Source of the DNA: Candidatus Zixiibacteriota bacterium | GTDB lineage: Bacteria > RBG-13-66-14 > B26-G2 > WVWN01 | Assembly (NCBI GenBank): GCA_030613505.1 | Contig: JAUWLW010000007.1 | Span: 6,360 to 70,359, forward strand | Length of the DNA stretch: 64,000 bases | Direction of reading: 5' to 3' | Shown: positions 48,398 through 57,944 of the stretch, piece by piece | How positions within the stretch are numbered: position 1 is the stretch's first letter | Layout: each line of letters starts with the position of its first letter | Program-made: the position numbers and the translations under genes | Notes under the pieces: model-generated | Told to the model about the DNA's origin: nothing | The model's input: only the letters and a program-made list of their open reading frames with translations | Database searches by the model: none

Positions 48398-49522
48398 GTG
48401 GAGAATAGTTTAGTCTGTTACGTTATTCGGAATTTAATAGTCGTTTTAGCCTTAGCTACGGCCGCCGCGCTGGCCGCCGACGAGATTCACCTACAAAAGG
48501 ATCTCTTTTCCGAAATACGAGGGATACCGGAAGTTGAAAGAGCGATGTTTAAAGAGGTTAACCGGGTTAGGGAAGAGCAAGGGTTACCTCCCCTTACGCA
48601 CGACGACGGTTTGACGGCCGCGGCGCGTCAGCACTCCGACGAGATGACACGGCTTTATTATTTTGCTCACGATTCGCCGACCCCCGGTTTAAAAAACGTT
48701 TTGGGCCGCGTCTACAGCGCCGGCCTTACGGATATATCGGTCGCGGAGAACCTGGCCTCCGAGAACAGCGTGCCCCCTTCCGCCGACGCGGAAGAGGTGG
48801 GCCGCAAACTCACCAAGCTATTCCTCGCGAGCGAATATCATCGCGAAAACATCCTCGACCGCCGTTTCACGCATTCGGGTATCGGGTGCGTGGCCTCCGA
48901 AGAAGGGACGCTTTTCTGTACCCAGGTCTTCTCTAAACGCTCCATAAAATTTAAAAAGATAAAACTCAAAAAGGAAACTGCTAACGTCCTGAAAGTGACC
49001 TTAACGCTAAAAACAGACGATTTGGTCGGCGTATGGTTAGACGAAGTTAATACCCGCATATTCGAACCCGAAAACGGTTCCGTAGCGGTCGACCTGTGGT
49101 TCCGCGTTGCCGGCGGCCCGCACAAAGTTGTCTTCGCGAGCCGACCTGCGGACGAATTCGGTACCATGAAAGGCTTCTTTATGGGCAAATTCGACCCGGC
49201 GAAACCGTTCGACTTCAGCGCCGGGATAACCGACGTTGACGTTACTTCGGAGAACCGAGAGCACGGAGAATCGACCATCTACGTCCTGGAGACCGAGGGG
49301 GAACTATTGACGAACGCCGAAGGCTTAAAAATAGCAGACGGCAACGTCCAAAACATTATTAAATTGAGGGGTAAAAAATTCAAAACGAAATACCCTATAT
49401 TGGCCGGGTCCGGCTTGCACGAAATATATTTCGTAACGGGTAACGAAACGGCCCACGGCCTAAAAGTAGACGCCGACCGCCCGCTCGCCGAGGCTTTCCG
49501 TCAAACGGTACCGGGAGATTAA
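48398..49522 (+). CDS. Secreted CAP/SCP domain protein
   Basis: Signal peptide; VNRVR..GLPPL, AARQHS..M..YFAH, AENL, HRENIL, GIG. Confidence 0.88.
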   Translation: MENSLVCYVIRNLIVVLALATAAALAADEIHLQKDLFSEIRGIPEVERAMFKEVNRVREEQGLPPLTHDDGLTAAARQHSDEMTRLYYFAHDSPTPGLKNVLGRVYSAGLTDISVAENLASENSVPPSADAEEVGRKLTKLFLASEYHRENILDRRFTHSGIGCVASEEGTLFCTQVFSKRSIKFKKIKLKKETANVLKVTLTLKTDDLVGVWLDEVNTRIFEPENGSVAVDLWFRVAGGPHKVVFASRPADEFGTMKGFFMGKFDPAKPFDFSAGITDVDVTSENREHGESTIYVLETEGELLTNAEGLKIADGNVQNIIKLRGKKFKTKYPILAGSGLHEIYFVTGNETAHGLKVDADRPLAEAFRQTVPGD

Positions 49523-49529
49523 CGTTATT

Positions 49530-50477
49530 ATGAAGGTAGTTACGGCCGCCGAACGTACGAGCGAAGTGCTCGCCCAGATAGCGGACTTAAAAAAAGCTAA
49601 GAACGCGGCCTTCCTGGTGCACAATTACCAGATCGCCGAAGTCCAAGACATAGGGGATTTCGTCGGCGATTCCTTGGGGTTGGCTCAGGTCGCGGCCCAA
49701 ACCGACGCCGACGTCATCGTCTTATGCGGCGTTAGGTTTATGGCCGAGACAGCGAAGTTACTCAATCCGGAAAAGGCGATACTCTTACCGGAACAAGATG
49801 CAAATTGCCCTATGGCGCAGATGGTCCGCCCTGGAGACGTTTTGGCGCTCAAAGAGAAACACCCCGGCGCGGTCGTCGTATCGTACGTAAACACGACCGC
49901 GGCGACGAAAGCCGTGACCGACGTTTGTTGCACATCGGCCAACGCCGTAAAAGTCGTTTCTTCCATCCCGGAGGACCGCGAGATAATATTTACCCCCGAC
50001 CAACACCTGGGCGCGTTTGTGCGCAAAATGACCGGGCGCGACTTGATTATTTGGCCGGGGTGTTGCCCCACCCACGCCCGCGTTACCGCGGAGATGGTCC
50101 TGGAGGTCAAGGGTGAACACCCGGGCGCCGAAGTCGTGGTACACCCGGAATGCCGTATGGAGGTAATCGAGCTCGCGGACGCCGTGCGTTCCACGAGCGG
50201 TATGCTCAAGTACTGCGCAGAGTCGGCTGCCTCCGACTTCTTAATAGGTACCGAGAAGGGGATGCTGTACCCGTTGAAGAAACGCTGCCCCGGGAAAAAA
50301 TTCTGGCCCGTGGCCGAGGAGATGGTCTGCCCGAACATGAAGCTGACCAATCTCGAAAGCGTCCGTGCCGCGCTCGAGGATATGCAATACGAGATAACGG
50401 TGCCGCCGGATATCGCCGAACCCGCCCGACGGGCGATAGACCGCATGTTGGAGATAGGGCGGGAAAGCGGGAACTGA
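49530..50477 (+). CDS. nadA: Quinolinate synthase
   Basis: HNYQ, GDSLGL, CGVRFMAE, CPMA, YVNT, CPTH, HPEC, CPNMK. Confidence 0.96.
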   Translation: MKVVTAAERTSEVLAQIADLKKAKNAAFLVHNYQIAEVQDIGDFVGDSLGLAQVAAQTDADVIVLCGVRFMAETAKLLNPEKAILLPEQDANCPMAQMVRPGDVLALKEKHPGAVVVSYVNTTAATKAVTDVCCTSANAVKVVSSIPEDREIIFTPDQHLGAFVRKMTGRDLIIWPGCCPTHARVTAEMVLEVKGEHPGAEVVVHPECRMEVIELADAVRSTSGMLKYCAESAASDFLIGTEKGMLYPLKKRCPGKKFWPVAEEMVCPNMKLTNLESVRAALEDMQYEITVPPDIAEPARRAIDRMLEIGRESGN

Positions 50478-50483
50478 GGAACG

Positions 50484-51326
50484 TTGGCCGTGCCGGCCGA
50501 TTCGGATTGGGATGACGTCATATCTCGGGCTCTCCAAGAGGACGTGGGCACAGGAGATCTGACGACTACTTTGCTCGGCGTCGGCGACGTACAGGCGCGA
50601 GCCGCGGTCGTCGCCCGCGACGACGGCGTCCTTTTCGGGATGGAAGTTGCGCACCGCGTCTTTCGTGCGTTAGACCGCCGGGTAATATTCAGAACCGTGG
50701 TAGAGGACGGTCGTAAATTTTCCGCGGGCCGGGCCGTGGCGAGGTTACAGGGGCCGGCCGGGCCGATATTGGCCGGCGAAAGGGTGGCGCTAAACTTTAT
50801 ACAACGGCTCTCGGGCATCGCGACGTTGACGGCGGCGTTCGTCGCGCGCGCCGATAACGTAACGGTGACGATACTAGATACGCGGAAGACGACGCCTGGC
50901 CTACGTTCGCTCGAGAAGGCCGCAGTACGGGCGGGAGGCGGCGAAAACCACCGCCTCGGCCTTTACGACGGCATCATGGTGAAGGACAGCCACAAATGGT
51001 TATGCGGCGGCGTTGCGGAAGCGGTTAAAAAAGCGCAAGAGAAACGCGGCCGCGGTATGCCGATTTATGTCGAGGTTGAAACCGCCGCGGAGGCGGAAGA
51101 GGCTGCAGCGGCTGGAGCCGACGTTATTATGCTCGATAACTTCGACCCCGACGCCGCGAGCGATGCATGCATCGCTATTGAAGGCCGCGCCGTCGTAGAG
51201 GTCTCGGGCGGCGTCACGTTGTCGAACGTAGCGGCGTACGCCCGCACGGGCGCGACACGCATATCCGTGGGCGCCCTGACCCATTCTGCGCCGGCGCTCG
51301 ATTTCTCCTTGGAAGTGGAGATTTAA
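50484..51326 (+). CDS. nadC: Nicotinate-nucleotide pyrophosphorylase (carboxylating)
   Basis: EDVGTGD, DTRKTTPG, HRLGL, MLDN, SGG, GALTHS. Confidence 0.96.
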   Translation: MAVPADSDWDDVISRALQEDVGTGDLTTTLLGVGDVQARAAVVARDDGVLFGMEVAHRVFRALDRRVIFRTVVEDGRKFSAGRAVARLQGPAGPILAGERVALNFIQRLSGIATLTAAFVARADNVTVTILDTRKTTPGLRSLEKAAVRAGGGENHRLGLYDGIMVKDSHKWLCGGVAEAVKKAQEKRGRGMPIYVEVETAAEAEEAAAAGADVIMLDNFDPDAASDACIAIEGRAVVEVSGGVTLSNVAAYARTGATRISVGALTHSAPALDFSLEVEI

Positions 51327-51344
51327 GCCGCCGGGGGTAACGTC

Positions 51345-51698
51345 ATGGTTGAAGATTTTCTAAGCGACCGCCACAAGATATTTTACTCCATCGGCGAGGT
51401 CTCGGCGCTCACCGGCCTTAAAAGTCATATCCTCCGGTACTGGGAATCGGAGTTCCCGACGCTGAAGCCAGAGAAAAGGTCCAACGGCCGGCGCGCGTAT
51501 CGCAAGGCCGATATCCTGTTGATATTAGCCATAAAGAAATTGTTGTACAAAGAAGGCTACACCATCGCCGGAGCCCGCAAGAAACTCGCCGCCGCGCGCC
51601 GGCGGCCGAGCCAGGACAAGGATATGCTCGCCCAGCTCCGCGACGACCTCGAAAACTTGTTGGGCGTTCTCCGCGCCGAGAAGCGAAAGAAGCGGTAA
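51345..51698 (+). CDS. MerR-family HTH regulator
   Basis: YSIGEVS..HILRYWESEF, LLYKEGYTIAGA. Confidence 0.92.
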   Translation: MVEDFLSDRHKIFYSIGEVSALTGLKSHILRYWESEFPTLKPEKRSNGRRAYRKADILLILAIKKLLYKEGYTIAGARKKLAAARRRPSQDKDMLAQLRDDLENLLGVLRAEKRKKR

Positions 51699-51721
51699 CC
51701 GCTCGGGGGGCGGGAAGCAAC

Positions 51722-51750
51722 TTGCATTTAAAGAGCCTATTTATTATAAT
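51722..51750 (+). promoter_or_regulatory. tRNA promoter
   Basis: TTGCAT-17 nt-TATAAT. Confidence 0.6.
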
Positions 51751-51785
51751 AAACGGTCGCACGTCTACCGTGCGGCCGCGAATAT

Positions 51786-51859
<74 letters not shown>

Positions 51860-51867
51860 AAAATGTA

Positions 51868-51898
51868 AAGGAGACTCTCCAGGGAGCCTCCTTTTTTA
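51868..51898 (+). terminator. Intrinsic terminator after tRNA-Pro
   Basis: AAGGAG...CTCCTT imperfect stem followed by a T run. Confidence 0.6.
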
Positions 51899-51999
51899 TG
51901 GTATACGCCAAAACGAACGACGTAAGGAAGTCCGGAAAATCGCCCTGGTCGCGCAAGGCCGTCGCCGAACGAAACGCCGCCGCGAGACGAATTTTTAGG

Positions 52000-52028
52000 T
52001 TGCCGCGCCGGCTCTTTTCATATATTAT
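52000..52028 (+). promoter_or_regulatory. tRNA promoter
   Basis: TTGCCG-17 nt-TATTAT. Confidence 0.5.
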
Positions 52029-52040
52029 ATTAATAGCCTT

Positions 52041-52114
52041 GGGGGCGTAGCGCAGTCCGGTAGCGCACCTGTATGGGGGGCAGGTGGTCGGAGGTTCAAA
52101 TCCTCTCGCCCCCA
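52041..52114 (+). tRNA. tRNA-Pro(GGG)
   Basis: GGGGGCG/CGCCCCC acceptor stem, anticodon arm CCTGT-ATGGGGG-GCAGG, T loop TTCAAAT; CCA not encoded. Confidence 0.93.
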
Positions 52115-52162
52115 AATTACCGCCACCGCGGCCCGCCGGGATCGCGCGTCGGCAATTTTTAT

Positions 52163-52615
52163 ATGTCAATACAAGTAAGCGTAATCGGCGACGCGGCCGC
52201 CGAGCCGGGGCTCGCCGAGACCGCCTACGAAGTCGGCCGTCGAGCCGCCGAACGCGGATGGGTCGTAATCACAGGCGGCCTGGGGGGTGCTATGGAAGCC
52301 GCGAGCAGGGGAGCCAAGGAAGCGGGGGGCACGACCGTAGGCATCCTTCCGACGTACGACGCCGCAGCCGCCAACGAATACGTCGAAATAATTATCCCCA
52401 CCGGATTGGGCCACGCGCGGAACGCAATGGTCGTCGCCGCGGCCGCCGGCGTGATAGCCGTTGGGGGTCGATACGGTACGCTCTCCGAAATCGCGCTGGC
52501 CTTAAAACTCGGCAAACCAGTAGTAGGAATAAATACCTGGCCCGGCATAGAGGGGGTATGGCCGGCACCGGATGCCGAACGCGCGATAAATAAGCTCGCG
52601 TCGTTATTAGAGTAA
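52163..52615 (+). CDS. TIGR00725 family (LOG/SLOG-like) protein
   Basis: ITGGLGGAMEAASRGA, TGLGHARN, GGRYGTLSEIALAL. Confidence 0.92.
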   Translation: MSIQVSVIGDAAAEPGLAETAYEVGRRAAERGWVVITGGLGGAMEAASRGAKEAGGTTVGILPTYDAAAANEYVEIIIPTGLGHARNAMVVAAAAGVIAVGGRYGTLSEIALALKLGKPVVGINTWPGIEGVWPAPDAERAINKLASLLE

Positions 52616-52621
52616 ACGAAG

Positions 52622-52909
52622 ATGCCTTCTGCCGATGTCGTTAGGCGCAGGTTATTATTTTCGGGTATAGTCCAAGGGGTGGGGTTCCGCTATTGGGCGG
52701 TGCGCGAATCGGCGGCCTTTAGCGTGACCGGCTACGTGCGGAACTTGTACGACGGCTCGGTGGAGGCCGTTCTGGAAGGGCCGCGCGACGACGTGACGAA
52801 CTTCGAACGGGTTCTCCGAGAAGGGCCGCCCTACGGTCGCATCCGTCGCGTGGACGGGATGGATGAGGAGCCGAGGGGAAAATTCGCATCGTTCGACGTT
52901 AAATTTTGA
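52622..52909 (+). CDS. acyP: Acylphosphatase
   Basis: GIVQGVGFR, GYVRNL.DGSVE, GPP. Confidence 0.95.
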   Translation: MPSADVVRRRLLFSGIVQGVGFRYWAVRESAAFSVTGYVRNLYDGSVEAVLEGPRDDVTNFERVLREGPPYGRIRRVDGMDEEPRGKFASFDVKF

Positions 52910-54756
52910 AAGGGGTGAAAATAATGTTTAGGTATAGACTATGCGCGGTTGCATTTTGCGTTGTTTTACTGTGCCCCGCGGTTACTGGCGCGACTCTCGA
53001 AGAGTTCGACGAAGTGCCGGTTACGCGTTGGGTTGACGGCGGCGGCGCAGAGCTAAAAACGCTCGAGCAAGTAAGGGCTTCGTGGTCGTCCAATTCGCCC
53101 TTCTTCATCGTACCCGTAAGACCTCCTCAACGGCGCGGGAACGTATGTTGTATCGTCGTCAACGACTCGCTTTACCCGAAAGTCGAACAAAAACTGGCGC
53201 GCGATTTCGTCGGCGCACTCGAGCGCGAGGGGTACACCGTAAATATATACCGTACGGCAGGCGGCGAGCCCAAAGACCTTCGCGATTTCTTAATCGGGCG
53301 ATATAACCAAGCCAGCGGGGAATTCACTGCCATATTCGTCGGCGACCTGCCGGTAGCCATGTTCGAGATCGAGGGCGGTTTTGAAAACGGTAAGCCGTTC
53401 CCCTGTGACCTCTTCTACATGGACCTCGACGGCGTATGGAAGGACGAGGGTTACGAGGAGGGCGTCTACGACGTACACGAGGGCGCGGTGGAAGCCGACA
53501 TCCGGTTCGGACGCTTGACCGCTGGCCCGCTGTCGTACGGTAGCTCCGTAGAAGCCGACCTCGTAAACCATTATATCGACAAGGTTTTGGCTTGCCGCGC
53601 CGGCGAACTCCGTTGCCTGGACAAAGCGCTATGTTACGTAGACGACGATTGGGAGCCGTGGGGACTCGAGTGGGCGAATAATTTACGTCTCGCTTATCCC
53701 GACGCCGACGCCGTGTACGACCCATACACAACGTGGGATACCGACTACGAAACCCGCCTTCGTCACGACTACGAATTCATTCAAGTTTGCGTGCACTCTA
53801 ATCCTCTCCTCCACCAATTCTTGCGCCCGGGCAGCCGCTCGAGCTATACGTATATGAGCGAACTCCACACCATCAAACCCTTGGCTCTTTTCTACAATCT
53901 ATTCGCGTGCTACAACGCCCGTTTCACCGAGACCGACTACATGGCCGGGTGGTACGCTTTTATGAACAACGACTACGGCCTAGCGGCGGTAGGCTCGACC
54001 AAAAGCGGGGGGATGTTGCACTTCGACGACTTCTACCGCCCCCTCGGCGGCGGAAAGACGCTCGGCGAAGCCTTCCGCTATTGGCTCGCGAAATGGGCGG
54101 ACGCCAACGGCAAAACGAGCCGTGACTGGCACTACGGCATGACCGTCGTCGGCGACCCGACGTTGCGTATAAGGCCGGACTATATCCCCGTCCTCATCCG
54201 CGGCTTCTCGGCCCGGAACGTTGGCGACGCCGTAGCGTTGGCGTGGGATTACGACCGCTTTTTTCCGGTACGCGGTTTTAACCTTTATCGCGCGTCGGGT
54301 GTGAGCGGACTTTCGGACTACAACCGCGTTAACCGCGCCCTGATCACCGGAACGCCGCCCATGCGGTACGTCGACGAAGGCGTATCGTCGGGGAGGACTT
54401 ATACGTACGAACTCGAAGCCATTAAGGGTACTGCCCGGCGAATAGTGGCGTCGGTCGACGTCGACGTAAAGGGGAAAAGGCCGCTGTCATTCGCTCTCGC
54501 ACCACCTAGCCCCAACCCGGCCTACCATCAGACGACGATAAGGTTCGCCGTCCGGGGCCCCGGCGCCACGCTGGCCGTTTACGACGTCAAAGGACGTAAA
54601 ATCAAGCAGTTCGACATATCGTCGGCAGGCCCGGGCCTCGTTACGTGGCAATTGAACGGCGGCGACGGTCGGCCCCTGGCGCCGGGCATATACATCATAA
54701 GGCTCCAAAACGGCCTTGACGTCGCCGCAGCCAGGCTCGTCGTGGTCCGCCGTTGA
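52906..54756 (+). CDS. Secreted C25 (gingipain-like) cysteine peptidase with FN3-like and T9SS/FlgD-type C-terminal domain
   Basis: Signal peptide; FVGDLP, CDLFYMDLDG, FGRL, VHS (His), FAC (Cys), VGDPTL; CTD PNP..YDVKGR..GIYIIRL. Confidence 0.8.
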   Translation: MKGVKIMFRYRLCAVAFCVVLLCPAVTGATLEEFDEVPVTRWVDGGGAELKTLEQVRASWSSNSPFFIVPVRPPQRRGNVCCIVVNDSLYPKVEQKLARDFVGALEREGYTVNIYRTAGGEPKDLRDFLIGRYNQASGEFTAIFVGDLPVAMFEIEGGFENGKPFPCDLFYMDLDGVWKDEGYEEGVYDVHEGAVEADIRFGRLTAGPLSYGSSVEADLVNHYIDKVLACRAGELRCLDKALCYVDDDWEPWGLEWANNLRLAYPDADAVYDPYTTWDTDYETRLRHDYEFIQVCVHSNPLLHQFLRPGSRSSYTYMSELHTIKPLALFYNLFACYNARFTETDYMAGWYAFMNNDYGLAAVGSTKSGGMLHFDDFYRPLGGGKTLGEAFRYWLAKWADANGKTSRDWHYGMTVVGDPTLRIRPDYIPVLIRGFSARNVGDAVALAWDYDRFFPVRGFNLYRASGVSGLSDYNRVNRALITGTPPMRYVDEGVSSGRTYTYELEAIKGTARRIVASVDVDVKGKRPLSFALAPPSPNPAYHQTTIRFAVRGPGATLAVYDVKGRKIKQFDISSAGPGLVTWQLNGGDGRPLAPGIYIIRLQNGLDVAAARLVVVRR

Positions 54757-55742
54757 GGAAGAAAGTGGCAAAAAAACCACGCCCGGACAAAAGTCCCGAA
54801 AAACCGGACCGTCTCGACGAAAAGGCGGAAGCCGAAGAAGAAGACGCCCTCGGCCCCGACCAGATCTCCGAGGTCATAGACGAGCTCGAGTCGGAGAAGG
54901 AATACGAGGCCAACCTCGTGCGGGCATACCTGTCGGATATCTGCAAGATCTCCATTCTAACTAAAGAGGAAGAAATCGAGCTGGCTCGGAAGATAGAGAA
55001 GGGCGACGCCGACGCCAGGGCGAAGATGATCGTCTCCAACTTGCGCCTCGTCGTAAACGTAGCGAAGCAGTTTATCGGCCGGGGGATGTTTTTCCTAGAC
55101 CTCATAGAGGAAGGGAACCTAGGGCTCATCCGCGCGGTAGAGAAATTCTCTTACCATAAAGGTTTTCGGTTCAGCACGTACGCGACGTGGTGGATTCGGC
55201 AGACTATTAACCGAGCGCTGATAAACCAGGGTAGAACGATAAGGGTACCGGTACACGTCGTCGACCTCACCAAGAAATATTTCCGTACTTTGCAAAGACT
55301 GGCTCACGAGCTGGAACGGGAACCCGCGCCGGCGGAAGTAGCAACTGTCATGGGTATCTCGCAGGAACAGGTTGAACGGATCCTCTTATCGTCGCGAAGG
55401 ACCTACAAACTGGACGCGGATTTACCGGGGGCCGAGAGGTCCCTCTTGGAGAAAGTCGAGGACGACAAGGCCGAGGCGCCGTACGCCACGGCTTATTTGC
55501 TCGTGCGGTACGGCAGACTAGCCGAATTAATGAAACGTCTCAGCAAACGTGAACAGGAAGTTTTACGGATGAGGTTCGGCCTTGACGGTTACGAACAACT
55601 TACCTTGAAAAAGACCGGCGAGAAATTGGGGATAACGCGCGAACGCGTACGGCAAATCGAGAAAGAGGCTTTGAATAAATTACGTCAAATGGCCAAGGCC
55701 GAGGGGGGAGTAACCGACGGTTTGTTCGGCGACGTTACATAA
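54753..55742 (+). CDS. Group 1/2 sigma-70 factor, RpoS-like
   Basis: Region 1.2, NLRLVV, DLIEEGNLGL, RFSTYATWWIRQTI, ITRERVRQIE; lacks region 1.1. Confidence 0.9.
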   Translation: MRKKVAKKPRPDKSPEKPDRLDEKAEAEEEDALGPDQISEVIDELESEKEYEANLVRAYLSDICKISILTKEEEIELARKIEKGDADARAKMIVSNLRLVVNVAKQFIGRGMFFLDLIEEGNLGLIRAVEKFSYHKGFRFSTYATWWIRQTINRALINQGRTIRVPVHVVDLTKKYFRTLQRLAHELEREPAPAEVATVMGISQEQVERILLSSRRTYKLDADLPGAERSLLEKVEDDKAEAPYATAYLLVRYGRLAELMKRLSKREQEVLRMRFGLDGYEQLTLKKTGEKLGITRERVRQIEKEALNKLRQMAKAEGGVTDGLFGDVT

Positions 55743-55769
55743 CGTCGTGCCGGCCGAAAGGAGCGTTAA

Positions 55770-56294
55770 GTGGTCGAAGAGAAGTTGAAAAGTCGTATCC
55801 GGGACGTTCCCGATTGGCCTAAAGAAGGGATCATATTTAAAGACATAACGACCCTGCTGCGAGATCCGGAGGCTTTCAAGCTCGCCGTAGACGCCTTGGC
55901 CGATAGATATCGCGACCGCGATATTAACTGCGTGGCTTCCGTAGAAGCCAGGGGTTTTATCTTGGGCGCTCCCGTAGCTTACCTCCTTGACGTAGGTTTC
56001 GTGCCCATACGCAAACCGGGCAAATTGCCCTGCGAAACGCGGCGCGAAGAATACGAACTGGAATACGGGACCGACGCCGTAGAAGTGCATGCCGACGCTT
56101 TCGACGCCGGCGACCGAGTACTGGTATGTGACGACCTCCTGGCGACGGGCGGCACGGCGCTCGCTACGGCGAGGCTGGTGGAATCTTGCGACGCGACCGT
56201 GGAAGCTTTCGTATTCCTAGTCGAACTTGACTTTTTGTCGGGGCGCGATAAGATCCGCGACTACGAAGTGTTTTCGATAATCCATTACGACTAG
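55770..56294 (+). CDS. apt: Adenine phosphoribosyltransferase
   Basis: PDWPKEGIIFKDITT, EARGF, RKPGKLP, YELEYG, DDLLATGGT. Confidence 0.96.
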   Translation: MVEEKLKSRIRDVPDWPKEGIIFKDITTLLRDPEAFKLAVDALADRYRDRDINCVASVEARGFILGAPVAYLLDVGFVPIRKPGKLPCETRREEYELEYGTDAVEVHADAFDAGDRVLVCDDLLATGGTALATARLVESCDATVEAFVFLVELDFLSGRDKIRDYEVFSIIHYD

Positions 56295-56308
56295 TTTAGC
56301 ACGCAATA

Positions 56309-56337
56309 TTGCACGAAACGCTTTATTATGTTATATA
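56309..56337 (+). promoter_or_regulatory. tRNA promoter
   Basis: TTGCAC-17 nt-TATATA with TGn. Confidence 0.45.
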
Positions 56338-56357
56338 TTATATTCGGAGAGCCGGAA

Positions 56358-56431
56358 GCGCCCGTAGCTCAGCCGGATAGAGCGGTGGTTTCCTAAACCA
56401 TAGGTCGGAGGTTCGAATCCTCTCGGGCGCA
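56358..56431 (+). tRNA. tRNA-Arg(CCT)
   Basis: GCGCCCG/CGGGCGC acceptor stem, anticodon arm GTGGT-TTCCTAA-ACCAT, T loop TTCGAAT; CCA not encoded. Confidence 0.96.
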
Positions 56432-56453
56432 AAAGGCCGTCCTTGGAGCCGAT

Positions 56454-57944
56454 ATGGAATTTTACCTAAATATCAACGGGAACCAACGCGGGCCGCTAGA
56501 CGAAGCCGAATTCCGCGAACTGGTGCGGAACAAGGCCGTGTCGCAGGAAGACTACGTTTGGGAAGCGAAGCAGGGTAGGTGGATTAAAATCAAATTCTAC
56601 GCGGAGCTGGCCGCGGTTTTCGAAGAGGAAACGACCGCCCCGCCCGCGGAGGAAGAAGGATATTTTATCAACGTCGAAGGCAAAACCGGCGGCCCGTTCC
56701 TCAAGGATGCCATAATCAAAGAAATTGAAAGAGGCCGTTTCCAACGTTCCCATTTCGTCTGGGACGCCGAATCTAACCGATGGTTAAAAGCCTCGGAACA
56801 CGCCGTATTCGCGGAATTACTTACCGAAGCCACGCCCCCGAAGGCCGTAAAAAAATATTACCTCAGTAAAGAAGGTGCGCGTTACGGCCCATTCGAATTC
56901 GGAGAAGTCGAAGAAAAGATTTTGAGCGGCGAGTTCGACCGGAGCCACTACGCTTGGGAACCGCAACTGAAGAAGTGGGTGGAACTCGCCGAGGTAGCCG
57001 ACTTCGCGGATATATTCGCCGATTTAGCGGCTCCGGAACCGGAAGTTCCCCCGCCCATGCCGGTCCCGGAACCGACGACGCCGGCGCCGCCTGGCCCGGT
57101 CGCACCGCCGGAAAGGGCACCTCCGGAACCCATGCCGGCCCCGCCCGCCGAGGCGGGTTTAGCTCCGCCGCTCGAGTTGGCCGCTCCGCCTACGGAGCCA
57201 AAACCCCCCCCGGGACCGGTAGGGGTCCAACCTTTAGCCCCAGGCGCGGAACCGGCGATTACGCCGCCGGGAAGAGGTATCCCGGAGCCCCAAGTGGGAG
57301 ATCTGGTTTCGATTTCCATACCCCCTCCTACGGCCGACGATAAACCGCCGCCACCCGACGTGTCGAAAGTCTCGGTCGACGAGGTCGAGTTTAAGAAAGT
57401 ATCAGCTGAGGAAGAAGAAGTTGCGTTGGGGAAGGGTAAAGACGTAAAGATCGACCGCACGGTCGTATTGGATCTCTCGCGGCCTTCGTTTATCAGGCGC
57501 TTCGCAGCGCAATTGGTAGACCTATTCTTTATAAGCCTTTCTTATTTCGCCGTCGCTCTTATATTCAGCTTTTTGGAGATGAACCCGTACCTGCCGGGGC
57601 CCGACAGGTACTATTACCAACAATGGTTTTGGGGCGTGATAGTGGGCATAGGCCTCTTCTATTTCCTCGTCCGCGACGGGGGCGGCGCCAGTATCGGTAA
57701 GCGGATTATGGGGTTGCGGGTCGTTAAATATGGCGATTACGACCGGCCGGCGAACGTGGTTAACTCGATAATGCGTAATATTACGCTACTCATACCGCTC
57801 TTAAACATATTGGACGTAGTATACGCGTATACGGACCCTAAAGGCCGTAGGGTCGGCGATCGCGCGGCCGGTACGATATTGACGGAGTCTCACGAAATGA
57901 ATTACCTCCGGGAGCAACGCGCGATTCTCGATGAAATCTACTAA
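56454..57944 (+). CDS. 3x GYF_2 + Pro-rich linker + RDD membrane protein
   Basis: Three repeats Y....G...GP......I..G......W.....W; RRFAAQLVD, GASIGKRIMGLRVV, RRVGDRAAGT. Confidence 0.85.
   Translation: MEFYLNINGNQRGPLDEAEFRELVRNKAVSQEDYVWEAKQGRWIKIKFYAELAAVFEEETTAPPAEEEGYFINVEGKTGGPFLKDAIIKEIERGRFQRSHFVWDAESNRWLKASEHAVFAELLTEATPPKAVKKYYLSKEGARYGPFEFGEVEEKILSGEFDRSHYAWEPQLKKWVELAEVADFADIFADLAAPEPEVPPPMPVPEPTTPAPPGPVAPPERAPPEPMPAPPAEAGLAPPLELAAPPTEPKPPPGPVGVQPLAPGAEPAITPPGRGIPEPQVGDLVSISIPPPTADDKPPPPDVSKVSVDEVEFKKVSAEEEEVALGKGKDVKIDRTVVLDLSRPSFIRRFAAQLVDLFFISLSYFAVALIFSFLEMNPYLPGPDRYYYQQWFWGVIVGIGLFYFLVRDGGGASIGKRIMGLRVVKYGDYDRPANVVNSIMRNITLLIPLLNILDVVYAYTDPKGRRVGDRAAGTILTESHEMNYLREQRAILDEIY

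Noticed and set aside
57030-57360. Repeat array or CRISPR-like pattern
   Set aside because: Low-complexity Pro-rich coding linker with no fixed repeat-spacer periodicity; no cas genes in the window
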